64,000 bases of DNA, from positions 96,001-160,000 of the forward strand of contig CBDHHL010000049.1 of NCBI GenBank assembly GCA_965263355.1. Direction: 5' to 3'. The DNA comes from Leptolyngbyaceae cyanobacterium (GTDB lineage: Bacteria > Cyanobacteriota > Cyanobacteriia > Phormidesmidales > Phormidesmidaceae). Positions 60,301 through 64,000 of this stretch are shown piece after piece. The position numbers and the translations under genes were made by a program. Position 1 is the first letter of the stretch, and each line of letters starts with the position of its first letter. The notes under the pieces are model-generated. The model had not been told where the DNA came from, did not search any database, and saw only the letters and a program-made list of their open reading frames with translations.

Positions 60301-63300
60301 AGTTAGAGAGCGACCAGTTTGAAAGGTCCATAGCTACCTGGCAGATTTTTAGTCTGAATAATCAATCTGGCACTGAAGAGTCTGATTGGATATTACATGC
60401 TCGTGGCAAAGCAATCCCACAACAAGCTGATGTAGCAACGGCACCAACTTGCGATTTAACTGCTCTCAAGGCCCGTTTTCCAGAAGAGTTTAACCAGAAT
60501 GTATACGATCAGGCACTAGGTTTATCTTATGGTCCTTTATTGCGCCACATCAAACAAATTTGGCTGGCCCAAGGTGAAGCTCTAGGCCATATTCAACTAC
60601 AAGATATGTTAGCTCTGGAGACAGAGCAGTATGTCTTGCACCCAGCTCTGTTGGATAGTTGTTTTCAAACCATGTTTACTCTAGTGGGAAACCACGATCA
60701 GAGTTTCCACATCTCAGAGAATCCTTACTTGCCAGTTGGTATCTCTCGTCTAACGCTACACCGTATGCCAACAACAGAGGTTTGGAGTCAAGGTCTACTA
60801 AACACCACCGATCTTGCCAACTCCCAGCAATCATCAACCGACATTAATTTATTTACACCCCAAGGTGAGGCAGTTGTAACCATTGAGGGTCTAAAGGCAC
60901 GTAAAACTTCAATTCAGGAGTTATTTAGTCACCAGCCCCAGGAGCCCCAGCCAGTTTATCAGGTTGAATGGCGCTCCCAGGCTCGTTTCGGTCGGTTGGC
61001 ATCTCCTGCATTCCTGCTGTCCTCGACTGAACTCAACACAGCCTTAGCTCTGCAGGTGCAAACCCTTTTGTTGGAAAATTCGACTCTGCATCAGCAGTAT
61101 GCGGATCTTTTCCCATTCTTAGAGTCAGCCAGTTTGCACTTCATTGTGAATGCTCTGAACACACTGGGCTGGACCTATCCACCGGGCGAACAGTTGCAAC
61201 TTAAACAGGTCGCCCAACGCTTGGGCATCGTGCCTCAACATCATCGTTTGTTGGGTCGTCTATTGGAAATACTGGTAGAAGCAGATATCCTCACTCACCA
61301 GCAAGGCCAATGGCAGGTTCTAAAATCGTTACCCACTGCCGAAACAATCCCCCCTTCTAGTTCGCTGGTGACAGAGTCTGCTGAATGGCAACTGCTGGAG
61401 CGCTGTGGCAGCCAATTGGCCGCCGTCTTACGGGGTGCTATTGATCCTGTGCAACTGGTCTTTCCAGGTGGTGACTTGAGTCATGCCACCCGGCTCTATC
61501 AGGACTCACCCACCGCTCAAAGCTTCAATCGTCTGGTGCAGCAGGTTGTGACGACAGCTGTGGCCAACTGCCCGGCCAATAGAGGCTTACGTATCCTTGA
61601 AATTGGTGCAGGCACTGGTGGTACCACCAGTGCTCTCCTACCCCATCTATCTGCTGAAAAAACCTGTTATTGCTTCACCGATATCGGTGCAATGTTTACC
61701 CAAAAAGCGCAAGAACGGTTTTGGGAAGCGTATCCTTTTGTCACCTATCAAACCCTTGATATTGAACAAAACCCCAGCGATCAGGGATTTGAGATGCAGC
61801 AACAGGATATCGTGATTGCGGCCAATGTGCTGCATGCTACCCGTGACCTTAAACAGACCTTAAGTCATGTGCGACAGCTCTTGGCACCGGGGGGGCTGCT
61901 GGTGCTGCTGGAGGGGACTGCCCGTCAACGCTGGGTAGATTTGATTTTTGGCTTACTCGATGGCTGGTGGCGCTTTAGCGATCGCGACCTACGACCGGAC
62001 TATCCCCTACTCAATCGTGCTCAGTGGCAACAGACCTTAACAGAAACTGGTTTTGAGTCGGTCACGGTACTACCGAGCGAGGGTGTGGGAGATGATCTGG
62101 GACAAGCGGTCATCGTTGCCCAAACAGACTTATCAGCAGCTGTTGAATCTGAGCTTGAGCCTACTAAGGGGTGGCTGCTTCTTGCAGACCAGCAAGGTGT
62201 GGCGCAACAAATAGCACAGCAATTGGAAGCTAAAGGCGAACGCTTTATCGTGGTGTCGCAGGTGCCCCAGGACATGGCAGGGTATCAGCACTTGGTAGCC
62301 CAGATACAGACGCCAGAGACTGAACTAAAGGGCGTGATTCATTGTTGGGGATTAGAAACAGAAAATATCCAGACAATGGATACCCAGACCTTGGCAGACG
62401 CATTTCGGTTAGGCTGTGGCACTCTGTTGCCTTTAGTTCAGGCGTTGGTCCAGCAAGAAGCAACCCCCAGACTTTGGATTGTTACCCGTGGCGCACAAGC
62501 GGTGGGGACTGTCTCAGAAAACCTATCGGGTGTGAGTCAGGCTTCGCTGTGGGGCATGGGCAAAGTCATTGCTTTGGAGCATCCTGAATTCCACTGCACC
62601 TGTATTGATCTAGATGTGGACACAGCGGTTGAAGATCAAGCCGAGCAGCTCTGGGCTGAGGTCTGGTCAGGCGAGAGCGAAGATCAGGTAGCCCTGCGAC
62701 AAGATGAGCGCTTTGTTGCCAGGCTAACTAGAAGTGAGCCATTGGTACCTGCTGAAAATGAAGATGCGATGACCCTATCTGAGGGGACTTATCTAATTAC
62801 TGGAGGGCTGGGTGGCTTAGGGCTATTGGTTGCCGATTGGTTTATTGACCATCAGGCCAAGCATCTAGTCCTAGTCAATCGAAGCGCTCCCAGCGAATCT
62901 GTCCAGGCTCAACTGCAGAAATTTAGAGAGAAAGGCGCTCAGATAACTGTTGCCCAAGCCGATGTCACTGATACATCAGCGATGGCCACGATTATTGATA
63001 GCATCCGACAATCAGATTTTCTGCTCAAAGGCATCATCCATGCCGCTGGGGTGCTCGATGATGGCACCTTACTGCAACAAAGTTGGTCTAAGTTTGCCAC
63101 GGTTCTAGGTCCCAAGGTGCAGGGTGCTTGGAATTTGCATCAGCTCACCCAGTCAGAGCCGCTGGACTTTTTTGTTTCATTCTCATCAGTTGCGGCGTTG
63201 CTCGGGTCTCCTGGTCAAGCCAATCATGCCGCTGCCAACGCCTTCCTGGATCGTCTGGCTCACTACCGGCAATCCTTAGGGTTAGCAGGTCAAAGTTTTC

Positions 63301-64000
63301 AGCTTGGGGCGATTACTCAAATCGGAAAAGTAGCCGAACGCGGGGCTGATATCCGAGCCCAGCAACAGGGCATGGGTATCATTAGACCGCAACAGGTGTT
63401 AGAAGTTCTAAAGCAATTATTACGGCACTCTGGTATAACCCAAATTGGATTGGTGCCCGTTGATTGGGCATCTGCTCAGTTGCCCCCCCAGTGGCAAAAT
63501 TGGTCCTATCTCTCCGATTTGACTAAGGTGGCTCAAGAGACATCCCTGGGCTCGTCCTCTGCCTTTATGCAGCAGTTGCAAGCAACGGCTGGGCCGGAAC
63601 AAAAATCGCTATTGACAGCCTTTGTGCGCAAACAAGTAGCGCAGGTATTAGGCATTGCCAATCCTCAAGAGATTAATGAATCCGCTAGCTTCTTCGACTT
63701 AGGCATGGATTCGCTCACTTCAGTGGAGTTCCGCAATCGATTGCAACAACAATTGGGCAATTCCTACGCTGTTTCCAGTACTCTTGCCTTTGACTATCCC
63801 ACCGTCAATCGTTTAGCCACCTATCTAGCAGAACAACTGGGCGCTTTGCCTGCAGCAGCTCCGAAACAGAAACCAATCATTGCTCGTTCGCTGGAGACCG
63901 ATGCCGTGGCCATTGTGGGACTAGCCTGTCGGTTTCCCGGTGCACCGGATAAGGACGCTTACTGGCAATTGCTCACAGACGGGATTGACGCCATTCGCGA
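57318..64000 (+). CDS. Modular type I PKS: KS-AT-DH-cMT-KR-ACP and the start of a second KS; runs off the window (absent from the ORF track)
   Basis: Manual translation: DPIAIIG, DTACSSS, HGTGT, GHSVG with HAFH (malonyl-type AT), HPLLG, LEIGAGTGG, TGGLGGLG, GMDSL, then DAVAIVGLACRFPG at 63900; frame spot-checked at several motifs. Confidence 0.92.
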   Translation, partial: MNNSKMTHASDPIAIIGTACRVPGACNLDDFWHLLSTGQDQISILSPQRWSLARPHLSAQDLESIRKQSPVCWGGFLSQVDQFDPSFFGISAREAVSMSPQHRVLLEVAWETLEDAALRPDQLNKTNTGVFLGLTNRDYSHLAWNHHDLKDPYLTTGNSSSIAANRISYLLNLSGPCVVVDTACSSSLVAIHLACQSIRAGESTMAFAGGVNLTLDPDLMFNLAAGGFQAPDGRCKTFDSRADGYVRGEGAGLVLLKPLAQALTDGDPIHALILGSAVNQDGRTQGITAPKPTAQEAVVRQAYQQAGVSPGQVQYVETHGTGTKLGDPIELGALGKVLKDGRNPDDVCLVGAVKTNIGHLEAASGIAGLIKVVLSLQHRQIPPNLHFQSPNPYIPFGKLPVEVPQALTAWPSYGDDAIAGVSAFSFGGTNAHVVLQAAPHREKPVIQIERPLHLLTLSAKSTTALKDFAQRYEKHLQYHTEQTLGDICYTANIGRAHHDCRLAIVSTSKTDLMAKLKAFELGEDNSSFLEEQRSPNTQSNIAFLFTGQGSQYVDMGRELYETQLTFGRALDQCADILHEVNVPLLEVLYDQAEGDEQKINNTAYTQPALFALEYALYKLWQSWGINPSVVMGHSVGEYVAACVAGVFSLEDGLKLIAARGRLMQQLPSGGGMVSLMASVEQVKTVIADQPDGTIAAINGPQSTVISGPIPALQTMVEQFARAGVKGKFLSVSHAFHSPLMAPMLAEFEQVAKQVSYSPPKLKLISNVTGQVVTEAVATPDYWCEHILAPVNFAAGMERLQQEEINIFLECGPQPVLLGMGRQCLSEDEEIAWLPSLRPGQNDWQQILSSLGKLYICGVNIDWIGFDQDYPKRRKVTLPTYPFQRQHYWIEAVKQSMIGQRADKLIHPLLGQQLFLPTSQEIHFEANLNKNSPAYLGDHLVFDQLVFLGAGYLEMALAASLQIFQCQTLVLEDVSFVKALVLPSNGEDVSLHLVMKLESDQFERSIATWQIFSLNNQSGTEESDWILHARGKAIPQQADVATAPTCDLTALKARFPEEFNQNVYDQALGLSYGPLLRHIKQIWLAQGEALGHIQLQDMLALETEQYVLHPALLDSCFQTMFTLVGNHDQSFHISENPYLPVGISRLTLHRMPTTEVWSQGLLNTTDLANSQQSSTDINLFTPQGEAVVTIEGLKARKTSIQELFSHQPQEPQPVYQVEWRSQARFGRLASPAFLLSSTELNTALALQVQTLLLENSTLHQQYADLFPFLESASLHFIVNALNTLGWTYPPGEQLQLKQVAQRLGIVPQHHRLLGRLLEILVEADILTHQQGQWQVLKSLPTAETIPPSSSLVTESAEWQLLERCGSQLAAVLRGAIDPVQLVFPGGDLSHATRLYQDSPTAQSFNRLVQQVVTTAVANCPANRGLRILEIGAGTGGTTSALLPHLSAEKTCYCFTDIGAMFTQKAQERFWEAYPFVTYQTLDIEQNPSDQGFEMQQQDIVIAANVLHATRDLKQTLSHVRQLLAPGGLLVLLEGTARQRWVDLIFGLLDGWWRFSDRDLRPDYPLLNRAQWQQTLTETGFESVTVLPSEGVGDDLGQAVIVAQTDLSAAVESELEPTKGWLLLADQQGVAQQIAQQLEAKGERFIVVSQVPQDMAGYQHLVAQIQTPETELKGVIHCWGLETENIQTMDTQTLADAFRLGCGTLLPLVQALVQQEATPRLWIVTRGAQAVGTVSENLSGVSQASLWGMGKVIALEHPEFHCTCIDLDVDTAVEDQAEQLWAEVWSGESEDQVALRQDERFVARLTRSEPLVPAENEDAMTLSEGTYLITGGLGGLGLLVADWFIDHQAKHLVLVNRSAPSESVQAQLQKFREKGAQITVAQADVTDTSAMATIIDSIRQSDFLLKGIIHAAGVLDDGTLLQQSWSKFATVLGPKVQGAWNLHQLTQSEPLDFFVSFSSVAALLGSPGQANHAAANAFLDRLAHYRQSLGLAGQSFQLGAITQIGKVAERGADIRAQQQGMGIIRPQQVLEVLKQLLRHSGITQIGLVPVDWASAQLPPQWQNWSYLSDLTKVAQETSLGSSSAFMQQLQATAGPEQKSLLTAFVRKQVAQVLGIANPQEINESASFFDLGMDSLTSVEFRNRLQQQLGNSYAVSSTLAFDYPTVNRLATYLAEQLGALPAAAPKQKPIIARSLETDAVAIVGLACRFPGAPDKDAYWQLLTDGIDAIR

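Noticed and set aside
57403..63602. Short ORFs listed in this interval, and other short antisense ORFs across the window
   Set aside because: They are shadow frames of long genes; the real gene here is the unterminated PKS starting at 57318.

Overview
Cyanobacterial DNA (frequent HIP1 GCGATCGC octamers) that is densely packed with secondary-metabolism genes. From left to right: (1) the end of a type I PKS (KR-ACP-TE) plus an MFS exporter; (2) a repetitive secreted adhesin, a carotenoid-oxygenase-fold protein missing 3 of its 4 iron-binding His, a split enediyne-type iterative PKS (KS-AT / ACP-ACP-KR-DH-PPTase-TE-TE), three tandem flavin-dependent halogenases, a DUF4347/RTX protein and an RND pump fused to a TPR domain; (3) a nested mobile island, in which an intact group II intron sits at the DV/DVI junction of a second, degenerate group II intron, which in turn splits the 38-bp end of a Tn3-family remnant truncated by an IS66 element (EBS/IBS pairings support both intron insertions); (4) a lipase-cdsA-pssA-psd-TIGR03032 operon, a divergent acyltransferase, an MFS-EF-hand fusion, a second RND pump and a FAAL-ACP plus modular PKS running off the right edge. 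The units in (4) are preceded by a shared CCTGAC direct-repeat motif. No rRNA, tRNA or CRISPR array was seen. All calls come from motif reading by eye; no searches were run.
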